Assembly (NCBI GenBank): GCA_000165425.1
Contig: CT868607.1
Coordinates: 310,001-374,000, forward strand
DNA: 64,000 nucleotides
Direction: 5' to 3'
Source: Paramecium tetraurelia
Taxonomy: Eukaryota
The translations under genes and the position numbers were made by a program. The notes under the pieces were generated by a model. That model made no database searches. It saw only the letters and a list, made by a program, of their open reading frames with translations, and was not told where the DNA came from. Positions 13,883-28,734 of this stretch are shown piece after piece (positions within the stretch are counted from its first letter, which is position 1; the number at the start of each line of letters is the position of its first letter).

Positions 13883-14126
13883 TAATTTAATCGTTTTTAA
13901 TTTATTTTTGTTTTAATTACATTTATTGTCCAACAATTTTAAGTCGAAATTTAAATATCAAATCAAATGTCAATGAAGACTTCATGCTATTAATTATGAT
14001 TAAAATCTGAATTAAATTCTTAAGTATTTTGTTCTATTATAATAATTGTTCATTCTTAATCTCTAAAATATTTGCACTCAATTATTATTATCATCTTTCT
14101 TAATTACCCAAGATATAACAATCGCA

Positions 14127-14660
14127 ATGGGTTCTCAAATTTGCCAGAATATCTAAGAGTCAAAAGACGGTCAAATCAATCTCAGCAAGATAGTCTAGGT
14201 TAACATCTACAAACCTCCCTAAATACAAAAACCATAACCAATAATCAATTTACTGTTCCCTGAAGAAAATAATTGGATCGAAAAAGAACGAATGAATTCT
14301 CTACCTAAACAAAATTCTTCGGATATTACCCTAACCAGATAAGAATTGAACCAGAAGAAACCAGACCCTTAAGACATTAATTGCACTCTAGGCTGTAATG
14401 ATCAATTAGATCTTCTTAACAGTTCTAAAGATGATTCCAACAGTGGATTGCAAGAACGTACATTAGCTTATTATTTATTATATATAGTCAAGCACAAGTC
14501 CATTCTTAAAAACAAAATGATGGCTGGATCGAATTCTTCAAGTTCAAATAACGCCCAAAAAGACAATGAGTCTGCAGGATCCCAGAGATCAATTAAAAAA
14601 GTCACCTTCGATAAAAAACAAAAAGTTATCTACAGCAGTTTTAGAAAACCTAAAGCATGA
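14127..14660 (+). CDS. Small putatively N-acylated protein with SILK and KVTF motifs
   Basis: MGSQIC start; C-terminal KSILKNK...KKVTFD...RKPKA-TGA; probable intron ~14458-14487. Confidence 0.7.
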
Positions 14661-14805
14661 AATCTTTCGTCCCTTTTCTTATGATTTAATATTTGATTTA
14701 CTTAAATTTTAAATCTCTTTTCATCCATTATTAATTTCAAACTCTACCCTACATTCCTTATAGATCATATTGCACGGGTTTTAGGACAATATAAAATTAT
14801 TATAA

Positions 14806-16062
14806 ATGATGAATAATTTAGAAATATAAAATGAATAACAATCAGAAAACAATGAATATGGGGAATTAGAAGAGGATTCAGACTCATTACAAAACAGATT
14901 GCTATTAAATAATATACCTACACCATCTCGAACAGAATCTAATTTTCAGACATCGACAAATAAAACCATTCAAAGAAAGTCCATTCAATAACTAAATCAA
15001 TTCACCAACGAGAAGTAGTTTAAATTAGAATCCAAAGATTAAGATGCTCAATTAAATGATCTCGATTTAAAGAAGTAAACACAAATGTCATACAATTCTT
15101 CCAAATCCTCCAAAACATTAACATCCATGAAAATTAGTTTACTCTAAGCTTCATTAATTGCTAAAGATTAATTGATTCTCAACTTATAAGAAGAAGTTAA
15201 ATTATTAAAAAAACAGTAAACTGAAAAAGATCAATAAATCACTCAACTTCAAAGGAACTATGAAATCAAGCTCTAGCAAATGAATGACAGAATCACAGAT
15301 TTAGAAAGAATAATCAAAGAAAAGGACAATGACATTGAATAGTTCAAAAATGGTAATAATACACTAAATCTACAGGATTTATCAGTAATTACAAATAAAC
15401 AAAATGATCCAAAAAAACAAAAAATAAATGATCTTCAACAAAATGATTACTAGGCGTATAGATAAAATGCTGACTTATATCTCAACAACAATTTTTGGTT
15501 GATCTCAGCTGAAAAAAAACTTTAAGGCAACAATCCAATATGCAATTACTAGCCAAAAGAGATTGTGGATCCAAAATAGTCTTAATTCTATTCATAATAA
15601 CAAAAAATAATTGATAAATCCTATTGGGCTAAATAAAATATAGAATCCGCTAAACAAGTCAAACACAATTCTAACATGTTATTACCTAAGCTAGCTGAGA
15701 TGAGTTCTCAAATTAATCTACAATAACCAAAATATTATCACAACAATCTAAGAAGTCAAAGTCTTCAACAAAATAATTACAAGAGCTACTCATCGATGTC
15801 GTAACCTTATATAAATAAAGATCTAATACCATATGATCCTGATGACTTTTTAGCCGATTAAGAGATTAAATAGATTTTTACCATTTAATCACCTGTCAAG
15901 AAAGAATCCTTGGATTGGGATTCATAACCCTCAAATAAGTACATGATTACTTACAACCATAATTTGAGTTAAGCGAAATTGGATTATAATGATAAAGTAT
16001 AAATATCATAGAATCATATTAATTAAAGGAAATACAACCAACATAAGGTATCTAATAAATGA
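14806..16062 (+). CDS. Hypothetical coiled-coil protein (~418 aa)
   Basis: ATG 14806 and TGA 16060 in one frame; heptad-like Q/E/K/L segment ~15130-15350. Confidence 0.75.
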
Positions 16063-16632
16063 TTATTTTTTGATATTAATTTTATAAGTTATACATGATT
16101 AATTACTAATTCAATTTCCTTTAATAAGCATATTTAATGAATTTAATTAAATTAATGAAAAGTAAATTAATCATCAAAATACTTTGATAACAAAATTTGT
16201 ATTCATTCCATACACTGAAATAATATATAAGAACTATTTTCTAACATTTAATTGTCTTAAACATTATAAATTATAAAGTAGTACCCATTCAATTTCTAAT
16301 ATGATTCTATTTTTCTATTAATTTATATTATAAATTTTCATTATAGTTTTTGTAATTTAATTAGATGGTTATTCTTAGCTTTATCAAATCAGCTAATCGT
16401 AAATTTTATAAGTCTCATTTAGCTAGACTATTAGACTATTAACATCTCCTTAAATGTAGTGTAACTTATAAAATGTGAAATTAGAATCCAATGATTACAT
16501 AAAAGAATTAAAATCTCAAGACTTTTAATAAACTAAATATAAAAATATAATTAAAATTTCTAAAAAAGCTATAAAAATTAATTAAGTTTGGGTTAAAGTA
16601 ATAGTTATTTATTTATATATAGTTATAAGTAT

Positions 16633-17175
16633 TCACTAATAAAACTTTTCTGTAATTTATTGACTCTTACGCAGTGCTTCTTAAAATAGTTGATCGATAT
16701 TAGTGAGTCTTCTCTGATTTTCTTTAAGTTAAATGAGTGGTTTCTTCTTTGCTTCTAAACTTGATTTATTAATTTGTAAGGGCATGTCTTTTGCTCTGAA
16801 ACTAGGTTCATTTTCAATAAAACTAAACAATCTCACTGGTTATTAACTTTATTAAGATTCTTGGATTGATGATGTGACAGATTGATCGTCCTGTCTAAAA
16901 CTAGGGGATGTTTATCCTTTAAAACTGCTAATAGTGGACTACCTGGTAGTTTTCTTATAGGAACTCCTTCTGTCTTTAGATCTGGCTCTGATTTATTAGA
17001 GCGCATCTATTGAATGTTATGAACGTTGAATGCATTAGTTGACTATATCTGTTAAATGTTGATTGGATTTGGCACATTATTATCTACCTCTGGGTTGTTA
17101 GTCTATCAATTGATTGTTGGATTTAATTAATTCTGATTATCTACGGACAGTTGCCATTCTAAATGGGTCTAACAT
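16633..17175 (-). CDS. Hypothetical Ser/Gln-rich protein (180 aa)
   Basis: MLDPFRMATVRRQ...QITEKFYQ-TGA, intronless 543 nt. Confidence 0.7.
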
Positions 17176-17302
17176 TATTAAAAATAATAATAAATTTTTA
17201 TTGAAAATTTTTATTCACATAATTGCAATTGCAAAAAAGAGTATGAAAAAATCATTGTAAGAAGATAAATAACATATATAATATTGTTTTGAAGAATCTT
17301 CA

Positions 17303-18431
17303 TCATTTGTTTAGCTTTTAATACCATTGTGGGACTAATTTAGAATAGAGTTCTGGTTTGATGCTTAGTTCCTATTTATTGAAGTCGAAAAGATTGGGGG
17401 TCTTAAAATTTTGATTAGAGAATCCTTCTTTTCTGAGGTCATCAAAATATGGATGTAAAAGAGCATCAATTGGTTGGATTCTTGTTTTAGGCGAATACCT
17501 AAAATATACAAATAACGAATACGTGAGCATTTAAGTGATGAGATCTAGAAAGAGTGGTTCTGGTTTTTGTCTTGCAAATACTCTGGTCCAGGGATTCCCT
17601 CTAATCGTGGGCAATCTGACATCAGCCTTAGAAGGATTCATTTAATTGATGTCATCTGGAGTTGGAGTGCCAAGTATCTTGATAATTTAAAGCAATTAAT
17701 CTTAAGCACTCTCTCCAGGGAAATATCGGTTCAAGGATGACCATTTCAGCAATCACACAACCAATAGACCACATATCGATTTAGGTATTGTAATCTGTGG
17801 CTCCGAAAATCAATTCAGGAGCTCGATAATAACGTGAACATATGTATGCAATATTGGGTTCGCCGACAACAAGTCGTTTAGCTGAGCCGAAATCGCAGAT
17901 TTTCAAAACATTGGTCTCCAAATTAACCAAGATATTTTGAGGTTTAATATCTCTGTGGCAAATTCCAATCGCTAGAATGAATATTTTCTCTAATACCCTA
18001 CAGAATACAATAGAGCCTCGTATCATCTAATAACTGTAGAGCTTTATCAAGGGGGCAGGAATGCATTGCTTCTACTTACGCATTTGTCTAATCATTTTTG
18101 AAAGTGTCTCTGGTACATATTCCATAACTAGATTTAGGTACACATCTTATGGCTAAAGGATGAATGTGTGATTGATATACATTTTCCCCTGGCGTGAAGA
18201 AGGAGTGTCTCAACATTACTACACAAGGATGATTCAATTCTTGAATGATAAGGTGCTCTCTGTTCTTATATCTACGATCTTGGTACACCTTCTTTATTGC
18301 TACCTTCTCCTTGGTCCTGTTATCAGTAGCCTAGTTTGATCCCTAAACAAATTTACCAAGTACACCATTCCAAAGGTTCCTGTACCCACCACCTATTCAA
18401 GAGTGAAGTCCTTATCTGATTATTATAACAT
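17303..18431 (-). CDS. GSK3: GSK3/shaggy-like kinase (three apparent single-base insertions)
   Basis: [69 protein letters not shown], ends LVPQWYQKLNK-TGA. Confidence 0.9.
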
Positions 18432-18571
18432 TTAATTATTTCATTAACAATATTTGATTATCCTATACCACAATTCAATTATGTATTACTGCAATTCAAA
18501 AAAGGATGCCAAAAATCATCCCAATCTCCATTTCCAAAACTGCTACTCTCTTTAAAATAATAATCATAAGA

Positions 18572-19180
18572 ATGTACAACACTAAATTCCCAATAGAATT
18601 AATAAAAAAGAAGGTGCAAGATAATACTATTACCTATAAATTTAAGTGGAACAATGGAACCATCTCAATTGAACCCATGAGTCAATTGACACCTTAATTG
18701 TTAGAACTTGTGCATCAATATGAATTGAAATAATACTATGAAACCAAGAAGAAGGTGAAACTAAATCAAACAGAAGCATCCTCTTCAAATGAATTCCCTC
18801 CTCTTCCATCTAAAAATGTCACAAAAATCGACCAAATATCTTTGCTCAAAATGTAAGAGACACCTAAGACAATTCAAGAGGTTCCAAGTGAGTCTTTCTA
18901 GCAAAGTAATTACCAATCTAATGCAGTTTTACCTTAAGATATTATGCCATAAACTCTAGAATCTAATCTTAATTAATAATTGCTAAAGACATTTATGATG
19001 CATCCTCATCTTCCCAGACAGAATAAAGAGTGTATGATTTTGAGCATTAAGAGAATTAATGGGGAGATCATCTTTTTGATAAAAGATGAATATACTAAAT
19101 GGGTAAAATTGGAGGAATTGAAAAAAGATTCTCCAATCACCTTGTGTGATTATCTGTTGCCTAAAGTGAGATTCAAATGA
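18572..19180 (+). CDS. HP1-like protein: degenerate chromodomain, linker, chromo-shadow-like domain (202 aa)
   Basis: N-terminal YKFKWNNGTISIEPMSQL..LVHQYE; C-terminal ILSIKRINGEIIFLIK..WVKLEELKKDSPITLCDYLLPKVRF-K-TGA. Confidence 0.65.
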
Positions 19181-19289
19181 AATTTAGATCTAAGTATATA
19201 TTGTATAAGATAGCTTCTTATTTAATAGATTTATATTGTAAAATACATTTAATCTTAGACCAAATATAAATCCTTAAATATGTTATTAA

Positions 19290-20028
19290 TCAGGTGTGCT
19301 TATAATTCATTTCTGTTTATTTCATCTTTCTAAGTTTGAATTGGACGGGATTCCTATGGAAAGGTTTTTCTTAATTGTATTAAATACGATACTCAGTTCT
19401 TATTTAGTCACCTTATAATAAAAATATATTTATGACCATTCATATTTTCATGAGGAATCCAACCTGGTCCATCGAATTGCATATGATTCTTCTAGAAACC
19501 TGAGGTTTTTGTTTAGGCTTATGCAGTTTCCAAATATCTGTCAGTCTTTCGAAATCTCGATTAATTTCTAAATTTCTTACGTTGGAGCAACAAGATTTTA
19601 AGGCTTCTTGAAACCGTCTTGATAAGATGTGATCATTTTATCAATGTGAGTGCAAGGATGGTTTTTAAGAATGGTTTGACAACCATATTTGTGTGAATAA
19701 GCCTCCTTATGAGGATCAATCAATTCTTTAGCATCAAAGTTGAATCCTGTGGAAGACAATCTATTAAACTTGCCCAATTTAGAATCTGCAAATGACTTTC
19801 TTGCTACTTCAGAGAATCTTTCTCCATATAGATTTTCTGATTGAACATATGGCACATATCCTGCATATCCAGGCACAGCTGAATTCTTAGGCTCTTAAGG
19901 CAACTGGATAATTAAGCTCATTCATTTACTTGAGTGTAATGATTGATGTAACTTGTCCTATAAAAGTTATTTTTGGACCATTCATGAAAAGTCTTCTCTT
20001 GAATTGGAGGTTGAGATTTGCTAGCCAT
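19290..20028 (-). CDS. FAM166/CIMIP2-like ciliary microtubule inner protein
   Basis: VPGYAGYVPYVQSENLYGERF matches the PGY.GY.P...YG..F unit; two tiny introns. Confidence 0.65.
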
Positions 20029-20049
20029 TTTAATTGATAAATAAATATA

Positions 20050-20796
20050 TCATTTATTCATATTCTCTATCCACATTAACATTCCTTCACTAGTTCGATC
20101 TCCTTTGTACTCTATAGGGGCCTTATCATTCATTTTATATAAATATAAAGAGGGGTACTTATTTACTTTAAGTCCATGAATTTTATTCAATTCCCCATTT
20201 ATTTTACCAATTCTCATTTGATTTGGCTTAATTGAAGTCTTTCCTGTCCTAACTTGATTATTGAGTCTCACTAAGTTCTGAAGCATCGATTAACAAAGAT
20301 CACAATCCTAAGAATAAAAATAAATCAAATAATGTCTATTTGTGTCCTGAACGTGTTCATCGTAATTATGGCCAACAACAATCTCTATACCTTCTTCCAT
20401 TTATCTTCCTGGTACATCTTCACTCTGAATATCGTAAAACAATTAGCCATCTTAATATCTTGCAATAAATTTATTCAATTTATCATTAAGGATTTGATCA
20501 TCATAATTAATAGTTTAGACATCTTGCCAGGTTGTACCCTCGCATTTCAATAACTTTATAGCTGGTAATTGATGGATTTAAAGTATTTAGATTAATTTCT
20601 TTACAGATTTATCTGAGTTGTTTGCTTCAACCAATAATAATTCTTGATTTTTAACTTTCTTAAATTCAATCAATTGATCTTAATGTGAGTTTTCATAAAA
20701 CAATATCAATGCCGGCTTACCAGACTCAAAAATTTAAGATGCTACATCTCTTGAGAAAGTAATGGCTTATGCTACTTAAATTAAAAATAATAACAT
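20050..20796 (-). CDS. Short PDI-like protein (signal peptide, b'-like domain, one CxxC thioredoxin domain)
   Basis: MLLFLIQVAQA signal; SEDVP..VVGHNYD; YFYSQDCDLC; YPSLYLY; IEYKGDRT; intronless 747 nt. Confidence 0.8.
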
Positions 20797-20813
20797 ATTA
20801 ATAATAATATATT

Positions 20814-23143
<2,330 letters not shown>

Positions 23144-23304
23144 TTAGAATATTAAAAAAATAAATTTGAATTATTATTATATTTTTTAAGCATCATTTTA
23201 GGAATCTCAAAAGCTTTATATTTTCTAACATGAAGAATTCAAAATTAAAATAAAAATAAGAATAATAACATCAAAATATAATATAAATTTATTTATAAAA
23301 CAAA

Positions 23305-23985
23305 ATGATTCTTGTTGAAGAAAATAGCTGAGGAGGAAGAAAAGCATATCTATTAATTGATACAAAATGGAAAGTCTACTTTTAAACCTCGGTTCCTCTC
23401 TAAATAACAAAGAGATGAATATAAGTAAAAATTAGAAGAATAGCAATATAAATAATAATTAGAGAAGATAATACTAAATAGCTTAGATTCGTAAAGAGTA
23501 TAGTAGCCAAGAGATTCGAGAATATTCAGAAGAGATATGGATATTATAATTAAAGGGGGTCGCGCTCTAAATCCAATTAAAGATGGAACTATGTATAATT
23601 GCCTAAGAATTAAAGGAATTCTATTCGAAATTTAAAACTATTCAAACCAACTCCAATTTGAATGCAAAATTTTCCAATTAGTTTAGAACACAAAGATATG
23701 ATTGATATTGCTGCAACTGGATACAGTGAATCTGCTGCATTTCTAATTCCATTAATCACTTATTTATCTACACTCCCGAAATAGGATAATAAGATTTGTA
23801 AAGATGGACCATATGCATTGATAATGGCTCCCCTTAGCAGATCCAAAAAAGAGTATTTAATTAAAAGTGGGCAAAATGTTCCACCAGAGTTGGCTTAACA
23901 TATGGCATCGAAATAAAAACCTGGTTCTGTGCCAGATAATGTGCCCAGAAGAAAACAAATAATTTTGGCGCATTTATTAAAAATA
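23305..23985 (+). pseudogene. PRP28: PRP28/DDX23 DEAD-box helicase pseudogene
   Basis: RIFREDMDIIIKGG, frameshift in NPI.RW, Q-motif PTPI-TGA-MQ, motif I degenerate (ATGYSES), DGPYALIMAP joined directly to C-terminal VPPELAQHMASKQKPG. Confidence 0.88.
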
Positions 23986-24101
23986 GAAAATAAATATCGA
24001 AGATAAAACAGACTAAAAATATACATCTATGACTCAAAATAGAAAATCAGATAAAATTACATAAATAGCATTTCAACTATATGAAAAATTTGAATCATAG
24101 T

Positions 24102-24543
24102 TCACTTTACAAAAATGAAAGCAATTATGGAAAGTGTGGACAGCGAAATAAATTGTTCACACACCTTTATAAAGAAATAGTTCCAAGTCTTTTATTCCCA
24201 AACAACTTTCGATGTGTAATATTGCACTTGAAAAGTAATACAGAAAAACACAGCTAAAGAAAGCGCCAAAATTAAATCATGTTCATCCTATGATTGTTTA
24301 ATTTAACATTACTTTAGCTTTTAGCAAATTGTAAAAGATTGTTATTAAACATGCCTATAAAAATCTTCCTGTTAATTCAAATAGTAGTGGTTGATTATTT
24401 TCTTAATTTTTTTACTTTTTTTTCAATATATTCACTTTAGCATCTTTTATATATCGATCTCGAAATATAACAGAGTACCAATAGAAACCTATAATCATTG
24501 TGCTTATTGTTCCAAATAGTATTGACAATAATTTTGATATCAT
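24102..24543 (-). CDS. DUF1761-like small membrane protein (138 aa)
   Basis: STMIIGFYWYSVIFRDRY and VWEQKTWNYFFIKV..LSIIAFIF resemble DUF1761 (G.lWYs.lF; W.l.li); one 25-nt intron. Confidence 0.6.
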
Positions 24544-24595
24544 GTCGTTTAGATTAATTATTTATTTATAAATACATAAAAATTTTCAGTTAACT

Positions 24596-25500
24596 ATGTT
24601 CATTACGATGAAAGGAGATTTAGTTGAATTGAATAAAGTAAAATTGCTTTCATTCTTTATTAGAGAAATCTTGTCATTTCTAGAACACCAATTGATAATC
24701 ATACTAAAGTCTAATACAAATAAGAAAAGTTGGTGATTAATGATAAAATAGTGTTAAACAATTTTAACAAGTTATTTATTAATCGGTTAGATTATGCAAT
24801 CAAAAATTATGAAATCAAATTACAATAGGCAATCTAACAATTTATTTGCAATAGGCAAGAGATACTAAAAATTAACTAAACTGATAAAAAATTAGTTACA
24901 AGATATATCTGGATCAACGATAACTATTAAGAAATCAGATATTCTGATGCTCCTTTGACAAAAAATTTCAAAAAAAGTATCACAATCCAATTTTTTAGTA
25001 CCAATAAATGAAATTTCATTTCAATACCAACAATCTGATGATAAAATTATGAAAGCACTCAAAAAATATGATCTTTACCCTGAATATTTGTTGACAATTA
25101 CCCACAAAAAGAAATAGCTTTCTGTTGTGTTTCTCTCATTTAGAAAATTGAGCGCTTTCATTTTACTTTGCAATTGGATTCTTAAATCCAGAGATCTTCC
25201 ATAAATTGAATTTTCCGCCCTGCAATTCCTTAAATTCAAATTGTAGTATGCAGCTCAGCAATAAGGTTTACCTATCAAAAAATACTTACTCATTTAGTTA
25301 AACAGGATGAGAACGTAACTAACTTTATAAAGTATAACATAACATTTAACACTGTAGACCTTAAAGACAAAAATTCATAAGTTTTAGAATCAGGTTAATC
25401 TTCAGAGAAGAAGAAGTGGTCTGTATAATTAACTATAAAAAAGTCGAAATAAGATAGTGTAGAAAAAGAAAATATTAATAAAAAAATTACTTTTTCCTGA
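24596..25500 (+). CDS. Hypothetical protein
   Basis: ATG TTC ATT ACG ATG..., a GTA..TAG intron near 24638-24663, long Q/K-rich frame ending KKITFS-TGA; exon structure not fully resolved. Confidence 0.55.
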
Positions 25501-26369
25501 GATTTATAATTATCAACCAATTACTTATTTATAAGATCAAATAATAATATTAAATATTATTAAATAGCTCAATAATTGATTCATTAACTAAACATTTCTA
25601 ATTTGTATCAATTTAACTTGTGAAACCAATCATAAATTTTTAAATACAAATTAAATTCTTACTTTATCAAACAATTTAAGATAGTTTATATGAATATTTT
25701 TAACATTGTAATAATTCTCAAGTTAGATATATAATTATCACTTATAATATTAAATTACTAACATAAGTAGAATTCATACAAAATTTCCCCCTTTTATTTT
25801 CAAAACTTATGTTTGATATTCTAATAAGAATTAAAAGCTATTTTTTTTATTCTTAATAAACTATTCGATTTTAGACAGTCTTTTATACAGAATTAATATT
25901 TTTGCGTAAAATCTAGAAATTAATCTAAAAGTTGGCCTTATGGTTATTATTTAAAATTTAACTCTGCCTAAACTGTGAATTCAATATAAGAATCTTATAT
26001 AAATCTAAAAAAGATGATCAACCAAGCCATTTTTTCATTCTCTGATATAAAAAATGATGAATATTGATTTGCCTTAAATTTTATTTGTTGTTTGTGACTG
26101 TTCTATTTTGTGCTCGCTATATGTAAAAGAAAGAGGTTAGAACAATTATAAAATGAATCTGACATAGATCTAATATATTTATTATATGGCCATTATTCTT
26201 GGTTTGCTGAAATATCTATTAACTAAATCTTTGATATACTGTCATTAGTTTAGAGGTACCTTATTTAGGTATAATGGGAGTATGATACATAAAGTTTAGA
26301 TTAGACAGAATAGATTAGCAGATGGAAAATGATAGATATATAGTCTATACAGAAATGTTATATATATTA

Positions 26370-26621
26370 TCATAACTCTTCTTCTATTTCTTTGGCGGCA
26401 GCGTCTTTTAATTCTCGCTTTTTCTATTTCTTATCCTATTTTTTTTATTTTTTGACAAGTTCTCTACGATCTTTCTTAGTCATGTCTTCTATGCTTTTTG
26501 GTTAAGCAGTCTTGTTAGAGAGAGCAGCCTTTTTTATTTGTTATTTGTGAAGTTTCTTCTTGATTTTTCCTGCCTTTCTGTAATTGACATGTTTTCGATT
26601 AATATTACGATCACCAGTCAT
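26370..26621 (-). CDS. Small Lys-rich protein (83 aa), possibly a C11orf98/Alb1-like ribosome-biogenesis factor
   Basis: MTGDRNINRKH...DMTKKDRRELVKKQKK...EIEEEL-TGA, intronless; family resemblance by eye only. Confidence 0.6.
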
Positions 26622-26658
26622 TAATTAATCGTTAATTTTATTATTTCAAAATACAAAA

Positions 26659-28672
26659 ATGTTCCATACTCGTCCTCATTTACCCACTTACCCTCAAAAT
26701 CGTGGTATTCAGTGTCATCTACTCAAGCTCATAATAAAGGAGGGAGTGAAACTAGAAAGGCCATTGATCATTATAGTTATGCAATCAATGATGAAATTGG
26801 CAGAGGGTTCAGTAGCCGCGTTTATAAAGGAAGAGATGAAAACACACTCGAGCCAGTAGCAGTCAAAGTAAGAAGTGATTCTATATCAAGGTTATTGACA
26901 TGAAGATGGTTAAACAATCGATTCATGCACAACTACTGAAAAATGAAATAAATGCTTTGAAGGCATTCAATAGTAAAAATATAATGAAACTTTGCGATGT
27001 CTTTTAAACATAGAATAATACTTACATCATAACTGAGTTTTGTGATTCGGTAATTCTAATTGTAATATGTACTTCAGGGAGATCTCAACAATCACATCAA
27101 AAAGAAGGGCAGAATTGACGAAAACGAAGCTATCCGAATCCTGCAATCAGTCGTGAGTGCTGTCAATGAAATGAATCAGAAGGGATACATTCATAGAGAC
27201 ATCAAGCCAGCAAACATTCTTATTGATAAGAATCTTCCAAAGCTAGCTGACTTTGGATTTGCTGTGCCAGCTCATGAAGCTAGATTGTAAGGGAAGAATT
27301 TCAATGTAGGAACTCCACTTTACATGTCTCCCCAAGCATTGAGACAACAAGGTCACACTGAAAAAGGAGATGTTTGGGCTATTGGTGTTGTCTTCTTTGA
27401 AATGCTGTATGGTAATCAACTTAACCTAATTCCTAGGCAGAACACCATATAATGCCTCTTCAGAAGCCGCCTTGATATCCAACATTATGCACTAGTCTTT
27501 AGTGATTCCCTCCTCTCCTCCTGTTTCAGACAAGGCCAAGGATTTCATAAGGAAATGTCTCTCCGTTGATGAAAACAAAAGATTACGAGTTAAAGATATG
27601 GTGCATCATGAAATAATCGAATAGAGAGCCTTGACGCCTGTTGAAAGGGCTCCCGCTCGAAAACCCTTCGAAGAGATTTCGAATTTAAATATTCCCACTG
27701 AACCCTCCTAGATTTAAAAATTTAAACGATCTCAGAGTCAAGGAGTCAAGGAGGCTCCAGCCAAAGAATATAAGACTTAATAAATTGAAGATAAGAAAAA
27801 ATAACATGAAGCCAAACAGAAGAAATTATAAGAACAAATTTAGAGATCCTCTAGTTAATAGTAGGCACTTTAGCCATAAAAAATTACAAAGACTAGTGCT
27901 TTTGAAGAACAACCTCCTGTTTAGAAGTAAAAAACCATTAGTTTGGAATTTAAATCAAATAATGAAGTTCTATTTAGTTAAATCAATTTTTGTAGATTCT
28001 TATACAAATTTTCACAAAATCCTTGCTAGTTGCAAAAATATTTTCAATTGAAATAAGAGATAAACTATTATTTTTGATGGGTAAAAATATTGCAATTAAA
28101 ATCAATAAATTGGCGACCATTTTGGATAAGGAAAACAAATAGGTTAATATCTTTTAGTTAGATGATTTTGAAGGATACAAGAAGAGTGAATCTCATAGCA
28201 AATTTAGTTAAGCTATCTCTGAATACAATGATAAATACATGAGGCATTTTGAGAAGATTTTGAAACTTGCATCCAAGAATGGTATCTTTTGTAATTGATA
28301 TTAAGAATTCTAAAAAGATTAATTGATTGGTAATCTCTGCAATAATGACATCACAGAAAATGAATCTTTCTATAAAGTTGCATTACAATACTTAAAATAA
28401 AGTATAAATGAAATTAAATAAAATTTTAAGTCCATTTCAGGTCAAAAAGATTAATTATTGCCTGAAGAAGTAAATTATTTGATGATATATACCTTTAGCT
28501 TTAAATGCCTTCCTTCATTCTATTTGGTCTCTATGGGTACTAATAATTGATTTCGAAAACTCTAGAAAATTGGTCAGACTATAAATAATTCTAAAAAGCC
28601 TCCTCCCCTGAATTACTAATAGAAAGAAAGCCTGGATAGATGAATTATGGATTATTGGAACAATTACTTTGA
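26659..28672 (+). CDS. Ser/Thr protein kinase (ULK/CAMK-related ciliate type) with long C-terminal tail; apparent -1 indel near 26706
   Basis: IGRGFSSRVYKG, VAVK, HRDIKPAN, DFG, GTPLYMSPQ, DVWAIG; several tiny introns. Confidence 0.9.
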
Positions 28673-28734
28673 AATAATTATTGATTGTTTCTTTATCAAA
28701 GAAAATTAACTATTTAATATTTTAAGTTATAAGA

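Noticed and set aside
23659..23661. In-frame TGA as possible selenocysteine or read-through codon
   Set aside because: It replaces the invariant Q-motif Gln in a gene that also has a frameshift and a large deletion, so it is a nonsense lesion.
25900..26335. Short open frames on both strands
   Set aside because: No recognisable motif; such lengths arise easily when TGA is the only stop.
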